The position numbers were made by a program, and so were the translations under genes. The notes under the pieces were generated by a model that worked only from the letters and a program-made list of their open reading frames with translations, did not search any database and had not been told where the DNA came from. Positions 10,051 through 20,355 of a DNA stretch of 39,922 nucleotides are shown piece by piece. Position 1 is the first letter of the stretch. Each line of letters starts with the position of its first letter. This stretch comes from an uncultured bacterium (GTDB taxonomy: Bacteria > Patescibacteriota > Minisyncoccia > Phycocordibacterales > UBA918): assembly GCA_913046815.1 (NCBI GenBank), contig CAJWTE010000002.1:1-39922 (forward strand). The letters run 5' to 3'.

Positions 10051-10374
10051 ATGGGATTCGAAGGACCAAGTAAATCAGAGAGAGATAGGCTATATGATGC
10101 TCTATCAAAGTTAGAGTCGAATTTTAAACCCGCAGCTGAGCCGCTTTTTACGACTGAAATAGACGGGTCAAAGGTAGAACTAAGGAGTGCCGAGGATGCA
10201 GACAGATACAAAGTAAGTGTTGACTCATCCGAGTTTGATGTAAGGATTCTGAATGGACAAGTACAATCCATCCAAAACATGACCGCATTAACCGACATGG
10301 ACTCAGACGACTCTATTTTAAAAGCCAAAGTAACTGAAGCCATCAATCAATACCATAAATCACATTTACAGTAG
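10051..10374 (+). CDS. hypothetical protein
   Basis: 107 aa ORF starting 3 nt after the yqeY-like stop; no recognised motif. Confidence 0.7.
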   Translation: MGFEGPSKSERDRLYDALSKLESNFKPAAEPLFTTEIDGSKVELRSAEDADRYKVSVDSSEFDVRILNGQVQSIQNMTALTDMDSDDSILKAKVTEAINQYHKSHLQ

Positions 10375-10435
10375 GAATATTTGTGGTATAAATAAAGCAG
10401 AAAATATCACCTGCGCAAAGAAAGTGAGGTAGAAG

Positions 10436-10711
10436 ATGGGTACTCCCGAGTACTTTGGCCAGTTCAAACACTGGCACAAAGACAACGTCTGGAGGAGTTG
10501 GCATGTATATGCCGACGTCGACGAAAACCAGAACGTCGACCGCATTTACCTCCAGTACGGTCAAGGACCAGTGTTGGGGAACGGCTTGGAAACTTCGGAA
10601 TGCAAAAAACCGAACGAACAAGTAGCTCTCCAATGTGTGAGGGAGCGTATTGAGGAAGATTTCTGGAACAACCCTGAACTTGTGGAGGACGTAAATGCCA
10701 ATGACGGCTGA
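10436..10711 (+). CDS. hypothetical protein
   Basis: GAGGT SD before ATG; first of four tightly packed ORFs. Confidence 0.65.
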   Translation: MGTPEYFGQFKHWHKDNVWRSWHVYADVDENQNVDRIYLQYGQGPVLGNGLETSECKKPNEQVALQCVRERIEEDFWNNPELVEDVNANDG

Positions 10712-10958
10712 TGAGGTTGCGAGCTCCGTCGTTCGCAACACCAAGTTGCGAGGTGGACTGGTCTTTCAACTCCGAGATGAGATCTGGAAATGGCTTCTAC
10801 TAACTAGTTGGTTTGAAGCAAGATTTCCAGAGCAACACGACAAAATCAACTTTGTTGATGAGATCGAAGAATCAATTCGCAAGCCTTGGATTGAAAAAGC
10901 AAAGAAGACCCGTCGCCGAAATGCGTTGGCGGCAAGACAACTAACACTCAAGCTTTGA
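10695..10958 (+). CDS. hypothetical protein
   Basis: GGAGG upstream; overlaps the previous ORF; start 10695 or 10701. Confidence 0.6.
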   Translation: MPMTADEVASSVVRNTKLRGGLVFQLRDEIWKWLLLTSWFEARFPEQHDKINFVDEIEESIRKPWIEKAKKTRRRNALAARQLTLKL

Positions 10959-10968
10959 GGAGAGTAAA

Positions 10969-11217
10969 ATGAAACTCAACACGCAGAAAAGCGGTGTCTT
11001 CACCCTGGTGACCCTGGACACAGGGCCACTTACAGCAGGATGCTGGCTGAAAATCAGTGAGGGACTGACTGAGCTTGCCTACAAGCAGCTTCTGGGGTTC
11101 CAGAACTGGAATGATGGGATCAACAGGTTCCAATACCTGACCTACCAAACCAGCCCGGAGAAAATCCGGCAAGGTGTCAGCTTTGCAACCGGTGCCAAGG
11201 GACTGACTATCGTGTAA
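10969..11217 (+). CDS. hypothetical protein
   Basis: GAGGAG SD with good spacing. Confidence 0.65.
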   Translation: MKLNTQKSGVFTLVTLDTGPLTAGCWLKISEGLTELAYKQLLGFQNWNDGINRFQYLTYQTSPEKIRQGVSFATGAKGLTIV

Positions 11218-11220
11218 GAA

Positions 11221-11409
11221 ATGGCAGTTCATAGAAAATACAAGGGTTTTCCTGTACCGTTTCGGTTTCCTCCCGATGAGAATCGTCGAGGGTGCGATAT
11301 CGCTGGTAAGTTTTTCTGGATGATTGGCTTTAATACCTACATCGAGAAGACTCCGGAAGGATTCGTACTGGTACTGGACCATCCCGACACCGAGGCAGGT
11401 GGATATTGA
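11221..11409 (+). CDS. hypothetical protein
   Basis: Starts 3 nt after the previous stop and ends just before a terminator. Confidence 0.55.
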   Translation: MAVHRKYKGFPVPFRFPPDENRRGCDIAGKFFWMIGFNTYIEKTPEGFVLVLDHPDTEAGGY

Positions 11410-11415
11410 CAAGAG

Positions 11416-11448
11416 CCTGAGGCGCGTGTGTGCCTCAGGACTTTTTTT
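11416..11448 (+). terminator. intrinsic terminator
   Basis: CCTGAGGCGC-GTGT-GTGCCTCAGG followed by a T7 run. Confidence 0.85.
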
Positions 11449-11468
11449 GTTTATTAGAGAATGTGTAG

Positions 11469-11504
11469 AAATACCCATTTAAATGGTGATTTAAATGGGT
11501 ATTT
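11469..11504. repeat. AT-rich inverted repeat (possible truB terminator)
   Basis: AAATACCCATTTAAAT-GGTG-ATTTAAATGGGTATTT, 16-bp perfect arms. Confidence 0.7.
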
Positions 11505-11541
11505 AATCTTGTGATTTAATTACACTAGTTGATACTCGACT

Positions 11542-12228
11542 CTACGACTTACCAAACTCGTTCAACTCCTTTGCATCCTTCAGTTCAAATTCTCCTATTT
11601 TTGTGCGTTTAAGAGAGAGGAGGCAGGCTGGTACACCAATTTTTCTGCCTATCTCCTCTGCCAATGAACGGACATAAGTACCGCTTCCAACCTTGAAGTG
11701 TACGTGTAGTATCAGCTTGTTTTTTCTCTGCATACAAAGCTTTATGTCTAGGAGATCTGCTTCATACACTTTCATCTTGCGCACGGGGACATCCTCTACT
11801 ACCTCTCCATTTTTTTCTGCTTTTCTAGCCCTTTTATACATAGGCACACCGTCTTTCTTGATAGCTGAATAAGCAGAAACTGGCAGTTCCAGCTCGCCTA
11901 CTAAACTTTTCAATATCGCCTCTATCTCTACCACATCCACTGAAGTAACATCACATTCTGTCAACAACTCTCCTTCTTGGTCACTGGTGGTACGAGACTC
12001 GCCAAGAATTATCTCGGCTTCATATTCCTTGTCTAATTTCAGAAATTGACTCAGGCTTTTGGTACCACTCTCAACCCCGATTATCATCAGTCCTGAAGCC
12101 AATGGGTCTAGAGTACCGGCATGGCCAAACTTTCTAATTCCAGTTTGGTTTCTCAATTGTCGAATCACGTCAAATGACGTGATTTCCACTGGCTTATTTA
12201 CTAAAATAATTTCTGGTAAAGTCTGCAT
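11542..12228 (-). CDS. truB: tRNA pseudouridine(55) synthase TruB (short form)
   Basis: GHAGTLDPLASG, YSAIK, GSGTYVRSLA. Confidence 0.96.
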   Translation of the reverse strand: MQTLPEIILVNKPVEITSFDVIRQLRNQTGIRKFGHAGTLDPLASGLMIIGVESGTKSLSQFLKLDKEYEAEIILGESRTTSDQEGELLTECDVTSVDVVEIEAILKSLVGELELPVSAYSAIKKDGVPMYKRARKAEKNGEVVEDVPVRKMKVYEADLLDIKLCMQRKNKLILHVHFKVGSGTYVRSLAEEIGRKIGVPACLLSLKRTKIGEFELKDAKELNEFGKS

Positions 12229-13182
12229 CTATAGAAAAATTGTAAGCTTCAACAGGAAGAATACAAAAAAGAGCAACATCATAATCCCTTCCCAACGCAT
12301 AATCTGCCGAGCTAATCCATTTACAAAAAAGATGGCTGACGCCGCGAACATAATACCTATACCCAGACCCATCACCACCTCATCAGCTACCAGTGGAGTA
12401 ATAAGAGCTGGTACACCTATCACCATCAAAATGTTAAAAGCATTGGAACCAAAAATATTGCCAATAGCCAAATCGGTCTCTCCTTTTTTTATTGCCTGCA
12501 TTGATACAGACAATTCAGGAAGTGAGGTACCAATAGCAATTGCAGCGATAGATACCAAACCAAGAGGAACTGATAAGGCGGTAGCAATATTGACCACCAT
12601 ATCAACTGTAAACTTGGCTCCTACCAAAACAGCAGCTATACCCACTACTAAAAACGCAATCGAGATATAGAAGCCATCTCTATCACCATTACGAGACTTC
12701 AGTAAACTTCTCTCCTCCTCACCTGCCTCAAAAAACAAGTACCACATATACGCAGCAAAGGTTCCTAATAGCAGAAAAGCTTCAATACGGTCAACTGTGC
12801 CATCCCAGACAACTGCTAAAAAATGGGCAGTAGCAATAAAGAAAATCGGTAACTCTGTCTTTATCAAGTCTCTCTTAATGACTACTTTTCCACCAATAGC
12901 TGCCAAAGCACCCACTACCAAGAGAATGTTTGTTATGTTGGAGCCTACCACGTTAGCAATTACAATCTCAGTATTTCCACTCAAAGCAGCAGCGATAGAT
13001 GATGCCAATTCAGGTAATGAAGTACCAAAACCAACAATCAAGACTCCAATAGCAAACCGACTCATTCCCAACCTAGCGCCAATTTGTTTGGCACCTAGCA
13101 CGAAAGTGTCAGCACCACGCACCAACATGAATAATGCTCCCACCAAAATCGCGCCCCAGATTAATAGTTGTGCGTAGTCCAT
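12229..13182 (-). CDS. calcium/sodium antiporter (CaCA, YrbG-like)
   Basis: Two GTSLPEL alpha-repeats with GSN motifs; about 10 TM helices. Confidence 0.93.
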   Translation of the reverse strand: MDYAQLLIWGAILVGALFMLVRGADTFVLGAKQIGARLGMSRFAIGVLIVGFGTSLPELASSIAAALSGNTEIVIANVVGSNITNILLVVGALAAIGGKVVIKRDLIKTELPIFFIATAHFLAVVWDGTVDRIEAFLLLGTFAAYMWYLFFEAGEEERSLLKSRNGDRDGFYISIAFLVVGIAAVLVGAKFTVDMVVNIATALSVPLGLVSIAAIAIGTSLPELSVSMQAIKKGETDLAIGNIFGSNAFNILMVIGVPALITPLVADEVVMGLGIGIMFAASAIFFVNGLARQIMRWEGIMMLLFFVFFLLKLTIFL

Positions 13183-13186
13183 ATAT

Positions 13187-14386
13187 TTATAGAACCAATA
13201 ATTCAGGATTAAGAACTAGCAACGCTCCGAGTAGCACCATGAGTGCACCCCCGATGAGTAGTGACGCCTGAGAGTACTTGTGTCCATGGGCATGTAATTT
13301 GTCATAACCCCAAATAGCCAATCCAAACACGACCAAGTCATCCAACATATAGCCGAAAGTATAAATCAATATATAGAACTGACGCTCCAAAAAGGCCAGA
13401 TTGTTGATATCAAGAATCTTAGTATATGCCTGAGGAATACCAATAGAACAAGCGAACTCTATGATATTTACCGAAAAGGCAATCACCAAGAGAGCTCCAA
13501 TGGTAGTAAGAGTGAGTGGAGCGGAAACAATTTTCTGAAATTTGTTAATAGTCTTATTCTGGCTTTCGATATCAGAGATATCACACACCAACGCCACTCC
13601 CCTGTTCTTTCGCCAACGATACAAAAAGAACAAACCGCCACCCAAAGCCAATAATCCCACCAAGGGTGTGACTACTTGGTCGAGCGCAACAAAATCCCAG
13701 GTTTTATACCAAACATTTAGTATCAGATTGTACATTACTGCCTCGGCCACAATGAATATGCCAGCCAAGAAAACCATCTTGCTTCTGCTTCCAGCCTGTG
13801 ACAGTAACACCAAGAAAGTGATCAGTACCCACATGGCACAAGGATTAAAGCCGTCAATTGTACCTAAAAGTGCAGAAAGGCTAAATAGCGATAAAGCTTT
13901 CAAGTCCACCAACCCAATCAACGGTAAGTCAAAGACATACGCCATAGACGTTGCCGCCTCGCAGTCTTCATCGGTGCAAGCTTCCGCCTCGACCACATCT
14001 TGTGCCGGAGCATACTCAAGATGATCTTCAGGGGTCTTAATATCTCCCTCAAGCGCATCCGGTATAGCGTTTTTTATCATCTTGCCGGTAGTCTGTCCGC
14101 CATTAAAGCCGAGGAACGCTTTCTCACCGACAATTGTAAGTGGCGTGACTTTACTTAAATCATGCTTGTTGGCAATTGCTCTAAACAATTCATTAGCTTC
14201 CTTGTCACGTACTATATTTAAGTATTCATAAGAAATACCTTCATCATCCAACCATTCTTTTTCTGCCTGACAATAGCCACAGTCATCTCGGCCAAACATA
14301 TATACCACTGTCTCATCTTCAGCATTAACGCTGGAAAATGACATAGTGAAAAGCAAGATAGCAAAAAGTACAAATTTCAATTTCAT
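13187..14386 (-). CDS. glutaredoxin/thioredoxin-fold plus DsbD/CcdA-like membrane protein
   Basis: Signal peptide from the likely start 14386 (MKLKFVLF), CGYC motif, DGFNPCA and EFAC TM cysteines. Confidence 0.8.
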   Translation of the reverse strand: MKLKFVLFAILLFTMSFSSVNAEDETVVYMFGRDDCGYCQAEKEWLDDEGISYEYLNIVRDKEANELFRAIANKHDLSKVTPLTIVGEKAFLGFNGGQTTGKMIKNAIPDALEGDIKTPEDHLEYAPAQDVVEAEACTDEDCEAATSMAYVFDLPLIGLVDLKALSLFSLSALLGTIDGFNPCAMWVLITFLVLLSQAGSRSKMVFLAGIFIVAEAVMYNLILNVWYKTWDFVALDQVVTPLVGLLALGGGLFFLYRWRKNRGVALVCDISDIESQNKTINKFQKIVSAPLTLTTIGALLVIAFSVNIIEFACSIGIPQAYTKILDINNLAFLERQFYILIYTFGYMLDDLVVFGLAIWGYDKLHAHGHKYSQASLLIGGALMVLLGALLVLNPELLVL

Positions 14387-14405
14387 ATCACGCAAGAATA
14401 ACATA

Positions 14406-15563
14406 TTAAAGATACTGCAAGTAGTCTCCATACCCTTCATTCTCCATTTCGCTTTCCGGTATAAAGCTCAGTGCTACTCCGTTCATACAGTAGCGAAGCC
14501 CTCCCGCTTCTGCTGGCCCGTCTGAGAACACATGTCCTAAATGATTGTCTGCTATAGTAGAACGAATTTCGACTCTTTTCATAAATAATTTATTGTCTTT
14601 CGTCTCTGTCACTGCCTTAGGTGTAATTGGTCTTGTAAATGAAGGCCAACCGGTACCTGAATCATATTTATCTCGAGATGAAAACAGTGGCTCACCAGAT
14701 AAAACATCTACATAGATGCCTCTGTCATATAGTGCGTCATAAGGATGGGTACCAGCTCTCTCTGTACCTTCTTCCTGAGTTACCTTATAAGCCAATTCAT
14801 CCAGCTCTTGTTGTAAAACTGACTGTGATGGTTTTTGGTAATCCATCCAAAAACCACTGGTTGTACGGCTCCCATCTCTCCAAGGTAAGGTTGTTGTATG
14901 ACCTTCTTCTCCCCAACTTTCCTCAATGAAGTCGTTCCTACCAGAAGCATTTCGATAGTACTTATACTTCAGTGCCGAGACCGAACCTTTGTAGTAGTCT
15001 TGATGATAATCCTCAGCCATATGAAAATCCGGACGCTCCTCTATATCGATAGCTAATGCTCTTTCATATGGACCATTTTTATTAACATCTTGAATTAGAT
15101 TATCGATTGTTTTCTTCTCATCTTCAGTTTCATAGTAAAAGGCTGAGGAATACTGGTCGCCTCGATCATAGAATGTACCGTCATCATCTGTTGGGTCAGT
15201 GGTTTTGAGAGTTACTATCAAAATTTCTTCAAAAGTCACTCGAGTTGGGTCGTAGGTTACCTCTACCACCTCCCTATGACCACCTTTGTAATAGTCCGAA
15301 TATGTTGGATTGGGAGTGGTTCCTCCAGCATAACCAGATACAACCTTTATCACACCAGGTACCTTTTCCAGATCAGATTCTACACACCAAAAACACCCTC
15401 CTGCCACTAACATAGTCTTGTATCTAGCAGTATCAACGTCCTCCTCTACAACTTCTGCCTCACTAAAAATTTGATTGGTCACACTTACATTCTGATGACG
15501 CCAATAAACCGCCGTTACTGCCAATAATACTACCAAACCTACTGCTACAAACAATTTCATCAT
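14406..15563 (-). CDS. msrAB: exported bifunctional peptide methionine sulfoxide reductase MsrA/MsrB
   Basis: GGCFWC and AEDYHQDY (MsrA); GTGWPSF, HLGHVF and RYCMN (MsrB); N-terminal TM. Confidence 0.95.
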   Translation of the reverse strand: MMKLFVAVGLVVLLAVTAVYWRHQNVSVTNQIFSEAEVVEEDVDTARYKTMLVAGGCFWCVESDLEKVPGVIKVVSGYAGGTTPNPTYSDYYKGGHREVVEVTYDPTRVTFEEILIVTLKTTDPTDDDGTFYDRGDQYSSAFYYETEDEKKTIDNLIQDVNKNGPYERALAIDIEERPDFHMAEDYHQDYYKGSVSALKYKYYRNASGRNDFIEESWGEEGHTTTLPWRDGSRTTSGFWMDYQKPSQSVLQQELDELAYKVTQEEGTERAGTHPYDALYDRGIYVDVLSGEPLFSSRDKYDSGTGWPSFTRPITPKAVTETKDNKLFMKRVEIRSTIADNHLGHVFSDGPAEAGGLRYCMNGVALSFIPESEMENEGYGDYLQYL

Positions 15564-15579
15564 TCATCTATTGTACCAG

Positions 15580-17265
15580 CTATTTATCTTGCAAACGATG
15601 CAACATACGGACTAGTCTAACAGTTTCATAGTCAATTTTTTCGTCACAATACTCGAATAGAGGCTTCAACTTTTCATCACCCAATTCTTCAATAGCTTCA
15701 AGGACTTTCGGCTCGTTTTCACTATGGTTTTTATTCTGTAAGTGAGTTAGGTCACCAATTCCTATCGCCCTTTCTTCTACCAACTTCTCTAAGTGACTCC
15801 AAGCTGTACTTTCTTTGATATTCCTTTCTTTAGCTATTTCACGTATGCTCTTTTTTTCCTTCAATAGCTCCTTCGTTTTTTCCAAAGTACTCTCTTTCTG
15901 CACTCTTTCATAACCCTTCGTCCTGACTTTTATTTCTCCTGTCGGCCACTCGCCGCCAGATGAGCGTAAAAAGTTACGTTGCATTGACTCCAATTCCTCA
16001 CTTTCCATTTGTGAAAAGGTTTCTTCTACCAAGTCACTATCGACTTGCATGCGTTCGTCTTTCGCCACCACTTCTGGATCAACTCGGAGTGCTGTAGGGC
16101 TCATTCCCAACATCTTCAAGCCAGCCAAAGTACGTACCCGCGACAATGCTACATAGCCCTGCCCGAAAGCAAAGGCCTTGGAGAGGTCAATCTCGGCTGC
16201 ATCCAAGGACATACCTTGGCTTTTATGGACTGTAATCGCCCACGCTAGGCGCAGCGGCAGCTGTTCTACACTGGCAAGTGTCTTCTTCTCTTCTATCACC
16301 TCCCAACTAGTTGGTTCTATTTTTATTTCCCTTCCCTCAGTAGTCTCAATGATTGGCAGTCCGTCTATAGCGTCAAAAGACACTACCCGTGCCAACGTAC
16401 CATTTACATAGCCGGCTTCGAAATTGTTCTTCGTACACATGACCATAGCTTCTTCTTTCAGTTCTAGACACTCAGGAGACAAGCAGTTCTTTACTAACCC
16501 TTGTTGCATCAACTTATTACCATGACCAACCATCTGGAACTTTCGAGTTGGTGCCGATAACTCACTCAACCTAGAAGAGTTCACAGTATCTACGTCCATG
16601 TTATGGGTATAAAGTCTTGTAGGTTCAATATCAGGATAAGCAATTTCTGTCTGCTCAGACAAGAGAGTAAAATGTTCATCGTCGACGTCATTCTTTCTTA
16701 TTGAGCGCAACAAACCCAAAAGCATCTCGTCTTCTTGCCGGAACTGGTCGCTCAAGTAGCACACCAAAAACCTAGCGTCAGCCCAGGCACGTGACTTAAA
16801 AGCGTACTGTACTGGTTCGTTATAGCGCGTAATTGGAGGCAATTGAAAGAAGTCCCCTACCAACACAACCTGTAGTCCTCCAAATGATTCGGGCTTATTC
16901 CTCACTTTGCGACAAACGGTATCAACCATATCCAGTACATTACCTCCCAACATAGAGACTTCATCAATTATCAACACATTGGCTTTATTTATTCGTTTGT
17001 TGGTCTTTTCATTGGCGACTATTTGTTCCACATCGTGCTCGGTCAAACTATCTCGTGGCCCTAGTCGACACCATGAATGAATGGTCATACCTCCTATATG
17101 CGTAGCTGCTACACCGGTAGAAGCCGTTACTGCCACATTTACTCCAGCTGTCTCAAGCCAAGCAATGTACTGATTAACTACGTGGGTTTTGCCTGTACCA
17201 GGCTCACCAGTGAGAAATACATTACCACCTGTTTTGAGTATATCGAGCGCAACTGACTGATTCAT
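15580..17265 (-). CDS. Pif1-family helicase with C-terminal HTH
   Basis: GEPGTGKT, DEVSM, GDFFQLPP, WAITVHKSQG, GYVALSR. Confidence 0.92.
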   Translation of the reverse strand: MNQSVALDILKTGGNVFLTGEPGTGKTHVVNQYIAWLETAGVNVAVTASTGVAATHIGGMTIHSWCRLGPRDSLTEHDVEQIVANEKTNKRINKANVLIIDEVSMLGGNVLDMVDTVCRKVRNKPESFGGLQVVLVGDFFQLPPITRYNEPVQYAFKSRAWADARFLVCYLSDQFRQEDEMLLGLLRSIRKNDVDDEHFTLLSEQTEIAYPDIEPTRLYTHNMDVDTVNSSRLSELSAPTRKFQMVGHGNKLMQQGLVKNCLSPECLELKEEAMVMCTKNNFEAGYVNGTLARVVSFDAIDGLPIIETTEGREIKIEPTSWEVIEEKKTLASVEQLPLRLAWAITVHKSQGMSLDAAEIDLSKAFAFGQGYVALSRVRTLAGLKMLGMSPTALRVDPEVVAKDERMQVDSDLVEETFSQMESEELESMQRNFLRSSGGEWPTGEIKVRTKGYERVQKESTLEKTKELLKEKKSIREIAKERNIKESTAWSHLEKLVEERAIGIGDLTHLQNKNHSENEPKVLEAIEELGDEKLKPLFEYCDEKIDYETVRLVRMLHRLQDK

Positions 17266-17329
17266 ATGTTGGTAAGAGTAACATATCGGAAGGGCTGTGA
17301 GTTAAAATAAGGAAAAGTATAGTTCTTCT

Positions 17330-19177
17330 ATGGCTACCACAAAAAGAAAAACTAAAAAGGATATTAAAGATACCCAGAGAATTAAAGTTCAAATAAACTC
17401 CCCTCGGAAAAAGGCATTGCGAGTGGCTAAGAAGGCGACCCAAAAAGTCAAAACCGTCCCCAGAAAGGAAGTGCTCCCTATCCTAAAGAGAGACGCGCTT
17501 GGTCACCTACTAGTTGAAAACCTTCTTCGCGAAGCCGGCTTTCGAGGGGATATATCCACTGATAAAGATAAATTAGACGAATATAGCTACGATGAAAGTA
17601 TTTTTGCTGTTCGGCCACAGATCGTAATCGCACCTAAAGACGGTATGGACGTACAGTCCGCAGTAAAAGTTATCGCGAAAGAAACTACTCGCTTCCCCGC
17701 GCTTTCCCTCACACCCAGAGCTGCTGGTACTGGTCTATCGGGCGGATCTCTAACAGACTCAGTGGTGATTGATATAAGCAGGTATATGCACAAGATGGAT
17801 TTGGCTGAGGAGATGCGCGGACAAGTCACCATCACTGTGGAGCCAGGTGTAATGTGGCGAGACATGGAAACAGAACTAAAGAAGCATCGCGTCTATGTAC
17901 CTTCTTATACCGCTTCCAAGGATATCTGCTCTGTTGGCGGCTCTGTTGCCAACAATGCCGCCGGCCCCGATTCCCTTCGCTATGGTCATTGTGCCGACTG
18001 GGTTGAATCGCTGGAAGTAGTTTTGTACGATGGAGAAAAGTACACCATCCGGCCAATCGACTATAAGAATTTCAAAGTACTCAGTAAAAAGAAAAACGCC
18101 TATGGGCGCATACTGAGCGAGATTTTTGCTCTTATCGAAGCCAACGAGCCTGCCATACTAAAGGCTAAACCCAAAACCAAGAAGAATACCTCCGGCTATG
18201 CTCTATGGGACGCAATCGACGGAAGTGTAGCCGAATTCAAGGCTGGCAAGGCTAAACTTGACCTTACTCGCCTTATTTCTGGTAGCCAAGGCACTATCGG
18301 CATAGTTACGTCATTAACACTAAAGACAGCTCCGATTCCTACCCATAATCGATTGGTGGTTATTCCAATATTTGATCTTGCTACAGCTAGTGCCGCAGTC
18401 CTAGAGGCACTCAACCATAACCCTGTAAATATAGAAGTATTTGACGCCCTGTCCTTTAACTTAGCACTTAAGAATCCTCAATTTTTTAAGTCTCGGCTAT
18501 CCGGTATCGGGTACTACAGGACAATGCTAGCCATGTACTCCCTTTACCATGTGCGTTGGCTAGGAAAGACTCCTGAGTTCACTCTCTTAATGACTTTTGA
18601 AGATAAGTCCGATACAGTACTGAGTGATATTCTACGTCTACTAAGAAAAGTTGGCGCCAGTGGTGCCAGAGAGGTTACCAATGAAGACGAGAAGGAAATG
18701 CTTTGGCAAGTGCGCAGAGCCAGCTATACACTTTCCAAACTACAAGACCCGAATAAGCGACCAGCAGCCTTTTTGGAGGATATGACAGTACCTCCAGAGC
18801 ACCTGTCTGGCTTTTTGGCGGAGATAAAGCGTTTACTAAGAAAGTACAACCTAACCGCTGCTATACATGGCCATGGTGGTAATGGTCATTTTCACTTTTA
18901 TCCCCTACTCGATTTTGAAAAATCCGGCACAGCCGAGCTGATAGAGAAAATGTCTACTGAATTTTTCCACACTGCAGTGAAATACAAAGGCAATATCTGT
19001 GGCGAGCACAATGATGGCATCACTCGCACTCCCTACCTCAATCTCATGTTCACCAAGAAAATGTTGGATATTTTCAAGCAAGTCGAACATAGCTTTGATC
19101 CTGATGACATCTTCAATCCCGGCAAAAAAGTAAATCCTCGCTTCGATATCAAGTCAAATTTACGCAAAAAGAACTGA
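17330..19177 (+). CDS. FAD-binding oxidoreductase (GlcD/D-lactate dehydrogenase-like)
   Basis: AGTGLSGG, GSQGTIGIVT, HGGNGHFH, GEHNDG, FDPDDIFNPGK. Confidence 0.9.
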   Translation: MATTKRKTKKDIKDTQRIKVQINSPRKKALRVAKKATQKVKTVPRKEVLPILKRDALGHLLVENLLREAGFRGDISTDKDKLDEYSYDESIFAVRPQIVIAPKDGMDVQSAVKVIAKETTRFPALSLTPRAAGTGLSGGSLTDSVVIDISRYMHKMDLAEEMRGQVTITVEPGVMWRDMETELKKHRVYVPSYTASKDICSVGGSVANNAAGPDSLRYGHCADWVESLEVVLYDGEKYTIRPIDYKNFKVLSKKKNAYGRILSEIFALIEANEPAILKAKPKTKKNTSGYALWDAIDGSVAEFKAGKAKLDLTRLISGSQGTIGIVTSLTLKTAPIPTHNRLVVIPIFDLATASAAVLEALNHNPVNIEVFDALSFNLALKNPQFFKSRLSGIGYYRTMLAMYSLYHVRWLGKTPEFTLLMTFEDKSDTVLSDILRLLRKVGASGAREVTNEDEKEMLWQVRRASYTLSKLQDPNKRPAAFLEDMTVPPEHLSGFLAEIKRLLRKYNLTAAIHGHGGNGHFHFYPLLDFEKSGTAELIEKMSTEFFHTAVKYKGNICGEHNDGITRTPYLNLMFTKKMLDIFKQVEHSFDPDDIFNPGKKVNPRFDIKSNLRKKN

Positions 19178-19243
19178 CAAACTATATTTACAATGATATC
19201 ATTCTTACAGAGTCACAGAGTCAACACTGAAAGGAATTTCATC

Positions 19244-19510
19244 ATGCTCATGAAAAGCGACCGAGATGCGTTGTGTGAAGTGCTGACACACTTCGTCAAC
19301 CACCGACACGAAGACTGTTCTCGGGAGACAGTCGATTTTGATCAACGCTTTCGAGGACAGGAAGAAAATGTAGCCAACCACATATTGGAAAAGTGGTCGG
19401 ACCTGGTGCATCTGGGTCATGGGTTCTACGATCTCAAGACTGAGATATGGAGTGACGTCCATGTGTTCATCCGCAAAGACGACCAGAAGACATTTCTGGA
19501 AATATCGTAA
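19244..19510 (+). CDS. hypothetical protein
   Basis: GAAAGGA SD before ATG 19244; promoter-like CTGACA-17-TATCAT upstream; hairpin downstream. Confidence 0.55.
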   Translation: MLMKSDRDALCEVLTHFVNHRHEDCSRETVDFDQRFRGQEENVANHILEKWSDLVHLGHGFYDLKTEIWSDVHVFIRKDDQKTFLEIS

Positions 19511-19620
19511 GACCGCCAAGCAAAAAGCTCGCTCGTGATATCGAGTATTCGCTTCATTTGTTTGTGCGGGCTTTTTGTATAAACACGCCGGAGTCTACCT
19601 ATCATCAATGATAGGTAGAC

Positions 19621-19845
19621 GAAATTTTGTACGAGACGGGCTCGGCTCTGTCATTTTGGAGTAATTCGCCCTAACCATTATCAATTGGCTCTAACGAGTA
19701 CGGATGAGTGAGGATGGCTGGGACACATTGTCAGCCACATAGATCGTGATCTAATAGCCAAACAACACAAGCAACTGTTGCTGGTCCTCTTATGGATGCC
19801 GTTTCTCTTTTATCAAATTCACAAAGGCCCCGCCGCAGCGGAGCC
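19621..19845 (+). ncRNA. candidate structured RNA (unidentified)
   Basis: Nested complementary segments GAGACGG/CCGTTTC and GAGGAT/GTCCTC with internal hairpins; G-U pairs favour the + strand. Confidence 0.3.
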
Positions 19846-19852
19846 TATACCT

Positions 19853-20242
19853 TCAAATGTACATACTGTGTTCTAACTTATATCCAACTCCCCAAACCGA
19901 ACAAATTGGATCTGCTCCGATCTGAGGTTGCAGCGCGCGTCTGGTTTTTCTTACTAGGTCATGTGCCATTTTGTTTGCCACTGCTTGATCTGCGCATCTA
20001 TAATCCCGATTCTGCACATTCGCGCTGCATAAACTGTTGAAGGAAACGACATTGCCAGGATGTCTGGCAAGAAGACACATGACCCTGAAAGGGTGTTTGG
20101 AAAGGTGGATTAACTTCCCGTCTAACTTAGCAAGATAGACTAAATTGTTTCCATTATCAAACACAAAAACCATTCCGCACGTCTCAACCAATCGCTCTCC
20201 AGGAGAAAGAGAGTCGCCCGGATAAGTATCTCGATACATCAT
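19853..20242 (-). CDS. stand-alone OmpR/PhoB-type winged-helix protein
   Basis: LLARHPGNVVS..SVWGVGYKL resembles Trans_reg_C; no receiver domain; strong AGGAGG SD. Confidence 0.75.
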   Translation of the reverse strand: MMYRDTYPGDSLSPGERLVETCGMVFVFDNGNNLVYLAKLDGKLIHLSKHPFRVMCLLARHPGNVVSFNSLCSANVQNRDYRCADQAVANKMAHDLVRKTRRALQPQIGADPICSVWGVGYKLEHSMYI

Positions 20243-20355
20243 TTTGCCTCCTCCTAATTGTACTCATTCGGAATTACTCTACAATCTTACTCAAACATGG
20301 TCAATATCTTTGTCTTTCTGGTATTATTTGCTAGTATTTGCGCACAATGAGTGTT

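Noticed and set aside
7185..13177. Long antisense ORFs inside the ATPase, antiporter and truB genes
   Set aside because: They lie opposite well-supported genes and have no motifs; typical shadow ORFs.
19630..19810. RNase P RNA on the minus strand (ACAGAGCCGAGCCCGT resembles its 3' motif)
   Set aside because: The GAGGAAAGUCC 5' motif is missing and wobble pairs favour the other strand.
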